Notes: generated by a model from the letters alone, not told the origin. 64,000 bases of DNA from Eledone cirrhosa (GCA_964016885.1 OZ024740.1:105400001-105464000), one strand, 5' to 3'; shown: positions 13,094-27,309, counted from the stretch's first letter. Numbers and translations are program-made.

Positions 13094-13429
13094 ATATGGG
13101 TTATTGGATGGTGGATGTTTATAGGAGAATCTGAAGGATGAGAGGAAGAAGAGAGAGGAAAGGATAAGTAAAGTAAAAGGAGGAGAAAAGGAAAATATAG
13201 AATTTGAGAAAGAGAAACACCGAAAAGACAAAGAATAGAAAAATGACTTGTTTATAGAATGTTGGTTAACTTTAGGTATAGAAATAGTGAAGGGGGAATT
13301 GTTTGAGGGAAAAATAGACTATAGAACCAAATATGGAATGGAATATAGTGGGCTAGAAGTATGTAAGACGATTGTAAATTATTGTATCAGCATAATTTTG
13401 TATAAACGTATATAAATGAAAATACATAT

Positions 13430-14023
13430 GGCGGCTGCTAACTCATTTTCGAGTACGGCCACTATTTTATATCCATGTAGGAGAACCCCCACCGATGCGC
13501 TGAACGAGTGTGACTTTTTAGTTCAGCCAGCGACTTGAAAACTCTGGTACAAACACTACACTTGTAACAATTATTGACACATAGTGCTGGGCCCATGGTA
13601 CCATGTGACGACAAGTGCAGAGAGATCTCCAGATATAAAGCAATGCCTGTGCCATGAAGCTTTTATAGTGAGCAAAGGCACTGCCCAAAGCCAGTCCCAC
13701 TCTCTTAACCAAGATGATATTTACCAAAAAGAAGAACAAGTCAACATCATTGGATACCATCAGGGTTGCAGGTGTTATATCAGAGTTTTCCTTCTCCTAG
13801 AATTCTGCCTTGACAAAGGCTAAGGGGTGATTTTGGATGGCCATTGACTCTTAAGAGCTCCTTTGCCCTTTGACAGGTTTTGTTTTTAGTCCTGCAGGAT
13901 GTCCAAAGTCACCCTCCTCACCAAGAAACCTTGGTGGGGTTGCCAGTTTAGTCGCCAACGACCCGACCATGGCACAGGTTGTACTGGAATACATGTTACC
14001 AGTAGCACCAACTGGTGACCTGA
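13430..14023 (-). mobile_element. non-autonomous bipartite RTE derivative with inverted 5' segment
   Basis: near-identical to 46110-46708, but segment A is inverted. Confidence 0.8.
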
Positions 14024-14354
14024 CATACATAAATAAAAATACATATAGCGTCGATGTTACAATATATAGGGCAAGAAATATTATTTGTGTATTTTTTGTA
14101 AACGTGAGTGTAATATAATTAAATTGTTACCAGTGTAATGTTTCAGTTTATATGAATTTCTCTCTCTGCAAATATTTATCACTTCTAAATTTGTATTGAA
14201 GATATTCCCAGAGATTATCCTATTTTTTGGCTATTTCTTAGATTTGTTCCTAATTTCTGGCGTATTTTAAACTCTTCTAAAATGTCATGGATATTGGTGT
14301 GTTTATCTCACAAATATCTTGACAAAGTGGTGTTTGCTTGTATTTCTGGTTTAG

Positions 14355-14533
14355 GGGAGGGAAAGTTGATTAAATCTATCCCAGTGCATTACTGGTACTT
14401 TATTTTATCGACTCCATAAGGATGAAAGGTAAAGCTATGCTAGGTATGATTTGAACTCAGAATGTAAAGTGACGTAACTATATGCTACAAAGCATGTTGT
14501 CCGACACTCTACCGATACTGCCAATCCACCGCC
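14355..14533 (-). mobile_element. SINE family A variant
   Basis: reverse-complement match to family A. Confidence 0.8.
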
Positions 14534-14640
14534 TTTTACACCAGCATAATAGACTACGAAACTTGCGAGAAAGTCATCGTTTAAGAGATTTCAGATAAGA
14601 ATTATGCAATTATTTCGTTGAGTAATTTTGGGATATATTA

Positions 14641-14993
14641 CACTGGTCAACAAAAGTTTGCTTTTTTTTCTGCTGACCTAAGTTCTTGAGTAATTTAGGA
14701 CTGTTGAATTTAAAAATGACAATACTTGTATTCTATCTGTTCTTGAGTAATTTGGAGCTCCTGAGTTTAAAAATGACAATACATTTTTTCTGTCACGTCA
14801 AGTTTTCCTATGGCCTACAAGAAGGGTATACAAAATATCCGTGTTTCCTGTGTTTATAGGATAGCCGAGCGAAAGACAAACATGAAAACCTGATGTGTTA
14901 TGAAAAAATGGATACCATATTTGAAATCAGCACCTCAATATTAACTAAAAACAACAACAAAATCTAAGTCATCAAAACCAGTGTCGACCAATA
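14641..14993. mobile_element. decayed non-autonomous DNA transposon
   Basis: left end cactggtcaaca, degenerate right end tgtcgaccaata; internal duplication. Confidence 0.4.
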
Positions 14994-15265
14994 ACTTTTC
15001 GATTAGGACTCGTCAAAGTTATTTACAGTGGAAGTATCGACTATATTAGTTTTATGATTAAATATACTACAATACTTTTGATCACGGGGCAAGTGAATAA
15101 TTACTACATTTAGAATTTTTCTGGCGATATAGATGTACCTTCACGGTAAAAAGTAGCATTATACCATAGTATTATTTCTGTTTTTTTTTTTTTTTTTTTT
15201 TTTTAGCCTCTAGGTATTATTATTGTTGTTTCTGAGGCTATTCTGTGATAGAACCTCATTATAAT

Positions 15266-15435
15266 CGGTAGAGGGTCGGACGCCATGCTTTCCAGCATAG
15301 TTACGTCCCTTTGCGGTCTGAGTTCAAATCCCACCGAGGTTAACTTTGCCTTTCATCCTTACGGGGTCGATAAAATAAAGTACCAGTAATGCACTGGATA
15401 TTTGGTGACCTTGTGCCAAAAGTAGGAACAATTAT
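15266..15435 (+). mobile_element. SINE family A
   Basis: consensus match. Confidence 0.9.
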
Positions 15436-16217
15436 AATAATTTGCTATATCATTAAATGAATTTTCGTAATAAGAAATGCTAGATAAGCGAAGCCGAATA
15501 TTTTTGAATAATTCTTTTAGTGATAGTGTACGGATCACGCGATAAACTGTAAAGTTTCATAAAACCTCCGATAGGAGGGTCATAAGCAAGTGTTTGGTTT
15601 AATCTTACATGAAGAAAGTGAACTACTTATAATTAGATTTCACTACGATTTTTAGTTGAAATCTTGAAATAAAATAACGAGATTTTCCGTTACTATGTTT
15701 TTTTTTTTTATGTTGCGAAATATTAACAGATCACCATCAAGGTACAATTCATATGGTAAAAAATTAAATTTAGTATGATCAGGTGTATTATAGAAAGACA
15801 GGTGAACTGACATATGCTAGGAAATTCCCTTGTCCATATGCTGATACTAAAGAAAGAATTACCATTTTTCTATACACACGAATATCGTTATCAAAACATA
15901 TTGATTTTCATCCATAGATAATTATTTTAATTACTATTGATCTTATTGAACCACTTTGAACTGAAATGCAATATATTAGATATAAACTGGTTCAATAACA
16001 TCGATAGTAAATAATATAGATTCCCCTAGATTGATATTATAGATTAATACCCTTCAATTAACTGAATATCGCCACAAAAACCATTAAATTTCATCAGAAA
16101 CCACATTCCCACCAGTAAATCAGAAATTAAAATAATTATACATAGAAGAAAAATCGATATTATCCTTATATATATATATATATACGCACACACACACACA
16201 CCCTCACACACACACAC

Positions 16218-16267
<50 letters not shown>

Positions 16268-16292
16268 GTATGTATATATGTATGTATATATG

Positions 16293-16328
<36 letters not shown>

Positions 16329-16899
16329 CGCGTGTGTGTGTGTATGTATATTTATATATAATATACATATACATACACTATTATATTTGTATATATATGT
16401 ATATACTCACTTGCATACTTGTATTTATGTATATGTATGTACATATATATATAAACTTGGACACCTGTATATATGTATTTGTATGTATGCATATATACAC
16501 TTGCATACATGTATATGTTAGAATATGTAGATATAGCTACAATGCCGCCCCCCCCCCATACATACACATGATAAGCGTGGTTTACATAGTCACAAGCTGA
16601 TAACAGAGAATGTATCAGTTTCACGTGTCTCTGTATAGATTATTATATTCCTATCATATGATTAAATTCATATCAGAATAAATACTAGAAATGAAGCAGG
16701 GGTAGGAATATACCCCCCCCCACACACACTCGCACACACATATCCACACACTCGCTCATACACACACACTCACGTATCCACACACTCATACACATACCCT
16801 CCCCTCACACACACTTAAACACACTCGCACACACGCACAGCCACTCTACCGCTCGTGCTCTCTCTCTCTCTCACACACACACATACACACACACATACA

Positions 16900-17510
16900 C
16901 ACGCAAAGACTCACATTAGAAGCAGAAACTTCTTGAATCGTATTCGACGAGCACAAAGGACTCTTCAAGGCAGAATAAACTGGCTAAGAGCTGCATTTTC
17001 ATATGATCCATCGAAGAATTATAGAAATGATCCTAAAGTGGCGATTGGTAGCATGGATATTACACTTGGCATGTGTTGCTTAGGAGGAACTGATAGAGGA
17101 CCCTCCAGCTTTTATCCATATACTGCTTACAGACCGTACTAACGAAGATTAACACTTCAGAAGCAATGTTATGCGGTGTATTGCTGCGTTTCAGATGACG
17201 TCCTTTGGAGCTGAAAAAGATCATACTGACTATGGTTATTTCACAACATTTAAAATCCAAGGCCAATGCTACCATTTAATCGGCAGTTTACTCCCACAGC
17301 CCAATGAAGAAGTTTTATGATTGTTGTTTTTTTATCTCTGTCTCACTCCCCCCCCCTCTCTCTCAAACAGACACAGACACACACACACACACACACACAC
17401 ATTACGGTCTCACCTCATACTGTAAACCAGACAACACATCCAATACAGTTTTCTCTTTTATCCGTCTTCTGTTAATTGTTCTTCCGGGCGAACCCGGGTA
17501 ACCCGGCTAG
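16900..17510 (+). mobile_element. Helitron, internally deleted, with RepHel N-terminal remnant
   Basis: RAAFSYDPSKNY...LGMCCLGG; AAFQMTSFGAEK...TFKIQGQCYHLIGSLLP; 3' hairpin ccgggcgaacccgg and terminal CTAG at 17507-17510; 5' end not located. Confidence 0.85.
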
Positions 17511-17514
17511 TGTA

Positions 17515-17563
<49 letters not shown>

Positions 17564-17615
17564 GTATATATATGCATTATATACGTATACATATCCATAT
17601 ATATGTGTATATATA

Positions 17616-17656
<41 letters not shown>

Positions 17657-17918
17657 GTATATATATACACACACACATATATATACATATGCATATATAT
17701 ACACATATATATGGATATGTATACGTATATAATGCATATATATATATTTATATATGAATATATATACGTATATATATGCACACAACCACACACACACACA
17801 CATATATATATAATATGCAGATAACCGTATCGTGTTGGGGAGGGGGGAGGGGGTAAACACAGCTAAAAAAATACTCAATGCATTCGTTGAGTATAGACAT
17901 CATTATTATTATATATAA

Positions 17919-18110
17919 GGGCGGTGAATTGGCAGTATCGGTAGAGGGTTGGACGTCATGCTTTCTAGCATAGTTACGTCCCTTTATGGTCTGAGTTCAA
18001 ATCCCGTCGAGGTTAACTTTACCTTTCATCCTTACGGGGTCGATAAAATAAAGTACCAGTAATGTACTGGGTAATTGCTGGCCTTGTGCCTAAAGTAGAA
18101 ACAATTATTA
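17919..18110 (+). mobile_element. SINE family A (full length)
   Basis: ggcggtgaattggcagtatcgg...gaaacaattattatt. Confidence 0.9.
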
Positions 18111-18273
18111 TTATATATATAGAGAAATTACTTCTACAGGACTAGAACAGTTTCATTCGCCTGAAATCATTAGAGCATTCATGTAGAAGCTATCTATCTC
18201 TTTCTCTCTGTATATATATATATATATATATTTGTGTGTGTGTGTGTGTGTGAATAATATATATATATATATA

Positions 18274-18778
18274 CTAGCAGTGGTACTCGGCGTTGCACGG
18301 GATAAGGTATTTTGGAACGCGGGCCGCCAACAGACCTAATCGTGGAAAAACTGCATGCCTGGACAATATGTAAAGAAAATAAAACGAATACTCTGATGGC
18401 TGGATAATCTTTAAGATTTTCCTCGACGAAGCAGGAAAAATGCAGGTTTTCTCCTAATGCAGGCCCTAGGGGATCAAGAAAATGAATTTTTTTTATGTGT
18501 ACAATATGCTTTGAAATTTCGGGAAAATCGGCTACACGTAACGCCTCAAAAAAGCCCTAAAAAGCTGAAAAAATTAAGTTTTTCAGCTAATGAAGATAAA
18601 AAAAATAGAATTTTATGTGCATAACACTCCCTGAAACATAAGTAATACACATGTAAAGTTTGAAAAAAATCGGTTGGGAACTTCTCGAGTTTTAGGGATT
18701 CAAACTCACAGACACACACACACACACGCACACGCACACACACACTCACACATACATCCTCAGTTTTATATATATAGA
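18274..18778 (-). mobile_element. non-autonomous Helitron
   Basis: 5' TC(tatatatataaa), 3' hairpin then CTAG, inserted between A and T. Confidence 0.85.
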
Positions 18779-19099
18779 TAATATATGGATGCACGCATGC
18801 ACGAGGCCTTCAGGGCTAGTTGGTTCTATATTGATTTTGCCAAAATAGAAATAAATATAAAGAAAAACGAAAAACGAATATCAAAATGATATCTATTAGA
18901 GAACAGTATTGGATTTTCTCTTTGAATGACAGGATTAGCTAAGTGATGACGTAGGAAAATATCTCAGTTTACAAACGGCTGTCGCGCTATGATGTAATAT
19001 AAAGCTGACACAGGTGTATTCAGAGGTGAAAACAAATATGATTACTTAGTGACTTTCACAAAATAATAAACAAATAAATAAGTAAATAAATAACTTGGT

Positions 19100-19252
19100 G
19101 CAATCTGGGCTGTGTAGTTAAGAGGATGTCTCTGTAATCACGTGGTTCTGTGTTCGAACCCACTGCGCAAGGCATCGGTTAAATAAGCATCGGTTTCTAT
19201 AGCCTCGGGTTTCATCCATACATTTTCATTGAAATTTAGTAGACAGAAACTC
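19100..19252 (+). mobile_element. tRNA-derived SINE, family C
   Basis: gtgtagttaag...gttcgaaccc...ctatagcc...gtagacagaaact; related copies at 20520-20660, 27645-27800 and 38625-38790. Confidence 0.6.
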
Positions 19253-20364
19253 TGTCTGTCTGCCTGCCTGTCGGTCTTCTCTGTCTGTATGCATATATAA
19301 CCAAGTTATGCAACCAAGTTATGCAACCAAGTATGCTAATAATCAAGGTATATATCTTAAGTTATAATTCAGGTATATTATTTACCGATTTCTCATTAGT
19401 TCACCATAGACGTTTTGTCATTAAACATTATGTGACTGTCTATACAGACTGTATCCAACTACTATCTGGTTTGTTGTGCAAACATTTTACAGAAATTTTC
19501 GACAGTTCGACAGAAATGTTCAACTAGTAATATTTAACATTACGGGCGTGTAAGCTTTCTACATTATAAATTCTTATTTTTTGACTTTCAAGACTATCAT
19601 TTCTGCGGATTGCTTTGTATGGTGTTTTAGGCACTACATTATACCCCATAGGCAGATAGCATTGCGTCTTCAAATTTAATTACATTATCTATATCGGTAG
19701 TCATATGTAGATGTTTTATTTGTATCTCTGTTTCTTTTGTGCACTAGATATTTTGATGTTAAAATATTGCTAAAACATATCCTTCAAAGTGAAAGAATTA
19801 ATATAATGGCCGTTGTTTGTTGGTTCGGTATAAACTACTTTAGTTACGTATGTTATTACTCCTTTGATCTTTTCTGACAACAGAGCCATACACGAGCTTC
19901 TAATGAGAAAGTGAAAGCATTTCATATGATGTTTTTTTACGGTAGAGCTGTGTAACTTCCCTTGGCTTAATTCACTGATGTACTTTGGTGATCTACTTAG
20001 TAGACACTGTCGAGTGGATCCACAAAATGTTGAAAGTCTGTTTGAATCAATGTTAAGCATCAGTTTCCAGGATTTAATTTTAGGTAGAGGCTGTCGGTAT
20101 CATTATTGATGCAGGAATTTCTAGTGATAGTTAATAGCTTTCGGATTATCAATGGACCAGATCTCATCTTGTCCCGTTTAGAATGGCCCAAATGCTTGTT
20201 TAGTAAACACACCATGAGATACTAATTTATTATATACAGAAACCTCCGAGGACCATATTTTTATCTTGTTATATTCGTTAGTTACGCGTTCCTCGTAACT
20301 GCTACTTGAACTTTATTTATTCTGACGTTCTACTGTCTCTTGTTTGGTCGTCCAATACCATATC

Positions 20365-20456
20365 CACCCGGATTTGAACTCAGGATGTAAAGGGCCGTAA
20401 CTATGCGCCTAAAAGCTTGTTGTTCAACGCTCTACCGATACTGCCAATCTACTGCC
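20365..20456 (-). mobile_element. SINE family A head fragment
   Basis: ggatttgaactcag...ctaccgatactgccaat. Confidence 0.7.
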
Positions 20457-20799
20457 ATACATATATTTGTAATACTACATGTCTGAGTGGCTCAGAAGAT
20501 CCCCATGTACTCAAGAGACTCTGGGTTCGATCCTACATCAAGAGGCTTTGGGTTCGGTCCTACAGCATAGCATCTTCGGCAAGTGCATTTCACTATAGAC
20601 TCGAGTCAAACGAAACCTGAGAGTGAAGTTGGTTAGACAAACAGTGGAAGCTCGTCGATTGGCATGCAACCGTAATTCAAAAGACCTGACTTGCTGATTC
20701 TGTCTAAGTGTTAATTTAAAGATACACGTGTCTGTTGAATACTTAACCACTAACACATCAATTTAATGAGCTGACCGTTCGATTTGTGAAACCACACGG

Positions 20800-20945
20800 C
20801 TTATTTGTTATGATGTTGGTCTCGAAAGAGCGTAGATTGATCCCCAGTCCGAGAGTGCGGTGGTTTTTAAGCAAGGCACTTCATTCACGCTGCTCCAGTC
20901 CATTCAGCTGAAAATGAGCAGCAACAGCTGGAAGTTAGCCCTACG
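20800..20945 (+). mobile_element. SINE family B
   Basis: gcaaggcacttcattcacgctgctccagtccattcagctgaaaatgag. Confidence 0.55.
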
Positions 20946-21418
20946 ATGGGCTCTCAAACGCAACGTGAAAGCAAGATAAGCTCCGGCCTGATCAACCTCT
21001 AGGCTTAAGAAAGTCTTTAATTTTAATTTAATATGATAAATGTTGAATACTTGACCACTTCTACTCCAATTTAACGAGTTGGTTGCACAGTTATTCGAAC
21101 AACTATATGTTCATCGTCGAAGGAGGTAGTGGATCCATTTATTAAAACAAGTACCAACAATAACCCACCCCACCCCATACCTCACTGGCAGTGAACCAAA
21201 TTTACTAATTTCTGGTTGACAGAACATAACGTTGCTAATATGTATGTCCGTTAGACATTGTGAATGGTGCAACAACATTTTTGCAGCCCCACCTCACTCT
21301 CTTCCTTCCACTTCTCTCCCTCCCTCTCCAATAAACTTTCTTGTCACAAGAAATCAATACAGCAAATATAATGATTATATAACAGCACATTTAACGAGGT
21401 TTGTGTTTTGCTGGTGGA

Positions 21419-21465
<47 letters not shown>

Positions 21466-21853
21466 AAGATCGGAATTAAAGTATTCCGCAGTTCACAGTA
21501 ATAATAATATTAGCTCGAAGAAAAACAGAGAATTTTCATCTGAGCTCAAAGACAAATATATTACATTAGGTTAGATGTGTCGTGAACAACACCTATAATT
21601 GCTGACTGAGGATCCTATGGGCTGTTATACCGCACATTTCTGTGGTGAAACGAACTAAATTCGTATCAGCACGCTTATAGTTATAAGGTTTGTAATTTAA
21701 AACTCTACTTCAGAGATTTGATTCTGACTTAGTTTTTCTATTTAATTGCTAAACTGTAGATATTGTTCTCCATACAGTAACGGTTAAACTCACATGTAAT
21801 AATTTTTTACACACTTCTCACTGTGTAGCACACTTCTCTCTGTGTAATATATT

Positions 21854-21913
<60 letters not shown>

Positions 21914-22407
21914 GTATAATAAACAATACAATATAATTACCTCATTACCAGAAGTTTCCCGAATAAGACGAATACGAAAACGTCCTCATTCGTTCGTCGG
22001 ACAAGGCAATTTAAAACATAGTGAAATATTTGGAAAGTCTCCTCAAGAAATGCAAGAGTTTAACGGGCAAAAAATATATAAATAAAAGTAATGCAAGAGA
22101 TATATAAAAAAATAAGGAAATATAGTAAGGGTATGTGTATATGTATGTATATACACTCACAAATGTACATATGTGTGTATGTACAAATGCATGTGTATGG
22201 TGAAAATATGTGCGTAAGTACATATATGAGGGCAAGTATATTTGTGTATATGTGACCACAAATACGTATATAATATGAGTTGAAAAAGAAATTGTAAGAT
22301 AATATAGTCAACACGCATCCAGATACAGGTATTAAATACACATACGAGTATGAAAGCACGCGTATAAACACACTGAGGAGACTTTCCAAATATTTCACTA
22401 TGTTTTA

Positions 22408-22485
22408 AATTGCCATGTCCGACGAACGAATGAGGACGTTTTTCGTATTCGTCTTATTCGGGAAACCTCTGGTAATGAGGTAATT
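22408..22485 (+). ncRNA. type I hammerhead variant (CCGACGA core); copies at 26069-26146(+) and 21935-22012(-)
   Basis: stem I aattgcc(a/t)tgt/atgaggtaatt; stem II cgaatgaggacg/cgtcttattcg; GAAA-cc-tct-gg-TA. Confidence 0.75.
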
Positions 22486-22704
22486 ATATTGTATTGTTTA
22501 TTATACATTAAATTTTGCTCTGGTACTTACATAGAGCACTCTTCAATGCTATGACTTTTTCAAATTTCAACGGAAACTTCAATACTTATACAGCTCCCAA
22601 GGGAATGATCGTAGCATATTCTACATTCTTATGAGATTGGCACCTTCCAGCCGTTTTAAAGTCGAGCACTCTTCAGTCAATAGGATTTTAAACCAATACT
22701 GAAC

Positions 22705-24825
22705 ATGGATAAATATCCTTTGGATTACTCTATCAAGAATATCCCAACACCTTCTAACACTTCCTACACGAAAATGCTGATAGACAAAGTAGAGAAAGTT
22801 GTTAAAAGAATGAGATGGAAAGCTTTGATTCTCGATGGACACTTTAACACGGACTCTACGGAACATTTTGATATCAAAACTCATAAATACCCGCAAAGAG
22901 TAAAAGATATGACCGCTTTTGAACTAGACTTACTTAATCTAATCAACAATATCAATTTTCGTAAGTACTCTAACCCTTTTCAATCTAAACTATCTAATGA
23001 TATTTCAATATTCAAATCTTCTAAAAATAAGTCCATTTTCTCCGACAAAACTAAAAACTTATACGAAGTTAATAATAATTTACATGACCAACTCCTAATT
23101 GATAACATCACCTCTAAATACAAAATAGCTAATATAAACACGTATAATAATATAAATAAGGAAGCTAAAGAATTAGCTAGTTCTCTGAAAATAGAGGACA
23201 GAAAAACTTGCTAAACGTAATGCATATATCACCCTTAAAGATCACAAACCTGACTTTATTAATCGTCCTAGTTGTAGATTAATCAACCCTGCTAAGACTG
23301 ATATCGGTCTTGCCAACAAAAACAATTAAAATAATATAAACACACAGATTAGAAGTAAATCTGAATTACTCCAATGGATAAATAGCTCTTCCGTAGTACA
23401 TTGGTTTAATAATATTAAAGATAAAAATAGTTCTAGATTCACCCAATTTGACATTGTAGATTTCTATCCGTCTCTCACTCAGACTCTTTTAGCGAAAGTC
23501 TTAAATTTCGCTAGAAAGTTTACCAATATTTCTGATATTGAAGAGAATGTCATCTTGCATGCTAGAAACACTCTACTCTTGACTGATAATGACACTTGGG
23601 TAAAAATATCTAACCCAAAGAACCCATTCGATGTCTCAATGGGTTCTTTTGACAGTGCTGATGTTTGTGATTTAGTCGGCCTATTCCCCCTACACACACT
23701 TAAAGAAAAATTCCCTAACCATATTTTTGGGCTTTATCGCGACGATGGTCTAATACTTTCCCATACCACCATAGGCCATAACTTAGATAGATTAAGGAAA
23801 GACTTAATAAAACCTTCGCTAGTTTTAATCTTAAAATTACTATTGTTAATTTTAATTTTCTAGATATAAACCTAGATCTGCCTACTGCTTCTTATAAACC
23901 ATACCATAAACCTAATGAAAATTTAAAATATATAAAGAAAGGCTCTTGCCATACTCCTATAGTTTTTAAAAACCTTATCCCTAATATTAGCCGTAGGATC
24001 TCCAACCTCTCTTCCTCAGAAGCTATTTTCAATAAGGCACCCCCCTACTATAATAAAGCCCTTCAAAATAGCGGATTTAGCGAACCGATTAAGTACATAC
24101 CCAACAATACTAACTCTTTTAAACATAATAATATGAAAAGAAAAATAATCTGGTTCACACCCCCCTACTCTCTAGCAGTTAAAAATAATGTAGGCAAAAA
24201 ATTCCTAGAGCTCTTAGATAAACATTTCCCTAGAACACATAGATACTATAAGATCTTCAATAGAAACTGTGTCAAAATTAGCTACTCCTGCGGTCCCCCT
24301 ATTAAATCTTATATCATCAATAAGAAGTCACCCAGAGAACATCAAAATTGCTCCTGTAGAGTCAAAAGTGAATGCCCATTACAAGGTAATTGCAACACCA
24401 ACGCCATTGTATATGCGGCTAAAGTGACAACCATCAGCAACAACCAACCAGCCACCAGCGAAAGATATGTGGGTATGACACAAGACAAATTCAAAACGCG
24501 TTATTACTCACATGTCGCATCTTTCCGACATCCAGAAAAAAGATTCACAACAGCTTTGGCTAGCAGAATATGGGATTTGAAAGATCAAGGTATCCAATAT
24601 AAATTGGATTGGTCAATTTTGAACCAATCTAAAGAATATGCAAGAGGAACAAGAAGATGCACACTCTGCATAAGTGAAAAATATTGGATTTTACAGAACC
24701 TTAAATCACCAAAAACCTGCCTAAATAGAAAAACAGAAATTTTCACCAGTTGCCCACACATGAAATCACACTTGCTTTCCAGCTCATATAAACTTAACTC
24801 ACTTTCAGATACTTATCCTCCATAA
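22705..24825 (+). pseudogene. Naiad RT + GIY-YIG polyprotein, frameshifted
   Basis: YSIKNIP, KRMRWKA, TLKDHK..F, FDIVDFYPS, MGSFD, GLYRDDG, IIWFTPPY, CSCRVKSECPLQGNC, IVY...YVG. Confidence 0.92.
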
Positions 24826-26535
24826 ACCCTTATTCTTCACTTTCCTTAAATTATCCTCTTTACAGACTTCTCTTTCTGATTTACTTTCATTTTTAACTTT
24901 ATTTTTAATTTTATTTTTATTTTTACTTCACATCCACCATCTTTTCGATTCACTTACCTAATATCTTCACATTCCACATTTCACTCCCCATTTTCTTTCA
25001 CTACTTGATATCACATGTCACTTGCGTTTTCCAGCCCAGATATACTCTGTTGTTTCGCAGCCGATTTTATATTTGTAGTCATTTATTCATACGGCTGGTT
25101 TATAATCTGTATCTATGTGTGTGAGTGTGCTTATGTGTGTATACGTTCTGTATATATATGTGTGTATACGTTCTGTATATATATGTGTGCGTGCGTACGT
25201 ATATATATGTGTGTGTATGTGTGTTTTTATATCTATGTTTTTTTATATCTATGGTTTTTACATACTTATTTATACGTGTGCGTGTATGCGGGTGAATGTA
25301 TGTGTATGTATATGTATGTATATGTATATGTATGTATGGGTGTGTATGTATAAATGTATATATATATATAGTCGCGTACGTACGTGTGATTGGATATACA
25401 AGTGGCGATATATATATATATATATACGTGTCTCGTGTGTACGTATGTACGCATGCATGCGCTTTTGTCTGTATGTATTTGTGTGTATAAATATTTATAT
25501 ATATATATATGTGTGTGTACGTGCGCACTATGTTTGTTTTCTTTTCTCTAGTGTTAATTGATTACTTTCTCTTTGATTTAAAAACATTTTTCATTCTCAT
25601 ATATTGTTTCATTTTTATACATATATCGAGATTGACACTTCTTCATACTATTACACTCCCTTCCCTCTTTATCTTCCGCATATAAGTGACCGCGCGTGTG
25701 TGTGTGTGTGTGTTTATACGCGTGCTTTCATACTCGTATGTGTATTTAATACCTGTATCTGGATGCGTGTTGACTATATTATCTTACAATTTCTTTTTCA
25801 ACTCATATTATATACGCATTTGTTGTCACATATACACAAATATACTTGCCCTCATATATGTACTTACTCACACATTTTCACCATACACATGCATTTGTAC
25901 ATACACACATATGTACATTTGTGAGTGTATATACATACATATACACATACCTAACTATATTTCCTTATTTTTTTATATATCTCTTGCATTACTTTTATTT
26001 ATATATTTTTTGCCCGTTAAACTCTTGCATTTCTTGAGGAGACTTTCCAAATATTTCACTATGTTTTAAATTGCCTTGTCCGACGAACGAATGAGGACGT
26101 TTTTCGAATTCGTCTTATTCGGGAAACCTCTGGTAATGAGGTAATTATATTGTATTGTTTATTATACATTAAATTTTGCTCTGGTACTTACATAGAGCAC
26201 TCTTCACTGCTATGACTTTTTCAATTTTCAATCATATTTTATTTGTTTGACCCGAATTACTTGGTCGTTTCTATGGCTGTGCGGATAATGGTTTAACCAT
26301 CGTCTCAGTGTGTTTTGCCTGTTAACTTATGTTGTAGCTCTAATTCACTAGCTTCTATGGAGCGCTTGCCACACATCTCGGAAGTTGTTTTTCGCTAATT
26401 TCCAATAGCCGAAATACGATTCTCGCTAATATATATTTGTATATATATATATATATATATATAATACATTAACAGTGAAAGCTTTAAGTGATACGCTGAC
26501 CAACTCCATCTCACTCAATAAACATATATATATAA

Positions 26536-26644
<109 letters not shown>

Positions 26645-26739
26645 CTCTCGCACACGCACACACGCACACATATATATATATATACATGCTCATCCACATG
26701 TACATCATGTAAATCTGTTTTCCTTGCTAGAAAGGGTTC

Positions 26740-27095
26740 GACGTATACACATACGAGTATGAAAGCACGCGTATAAACACACACACACACGCGCGGTCAC
26801 TTATATGCGGAAGATAAAGAGGGAAGGGAGTGTAATAGTATGAAGAAGTGTCATTCTCGATATATGTATAAAAATGAAACAATATATGAGAATGAAAAAT
26901 GTTTTTAAATCAAAGAGAAAGTAATCAATTAACACTAGAGAAAAGAAAACAAACATAGTGCGCACGTACACACATATATATATATATATATATAAATATT
27001 TATACACACAAATACGTACAGACAAAAGCGCATGCATGCGTACATACGTACACACGAGACACGTATATATATATATATATATCGCCACTTGTATA
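26740..27095 (-). repeat. inverted fragment of the Naiad-1 3' UTR
   Basis: reverse complement of about 25395-25745. Confidence 0.85.
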
Positions 27096-27186
27096 TATAT
27101 ATATATAAGTATTATTATATATATATATATATACAAGTATTTGTGTGTGCAAACACACAAGCAGATACACACACATACACACTGAC

Positions 27187-27218
<32 letters not shown>

Positions 27219-27262
27219 ATGTATATATATATAATGTTTTGAACCAATAAACCATGGCTATT

Positions 27263-27309
<47 letters not shown>

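Larger units (their letters stand above)
21909..26427 (+). mobile_element. Naiad-type Penelope-like element 1 (inverted 5' pLTR 21909-22373, short direct pLTR 22374-22570, ORF, 3' UTR and pLTR, tail) in (TA)n
   Basis: direct repeat 22374-22570 = 26035-26231; inverted copy of about 25710-26171 upstream; RT plus GIY-YIG ORF. Confidence 0.92.
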
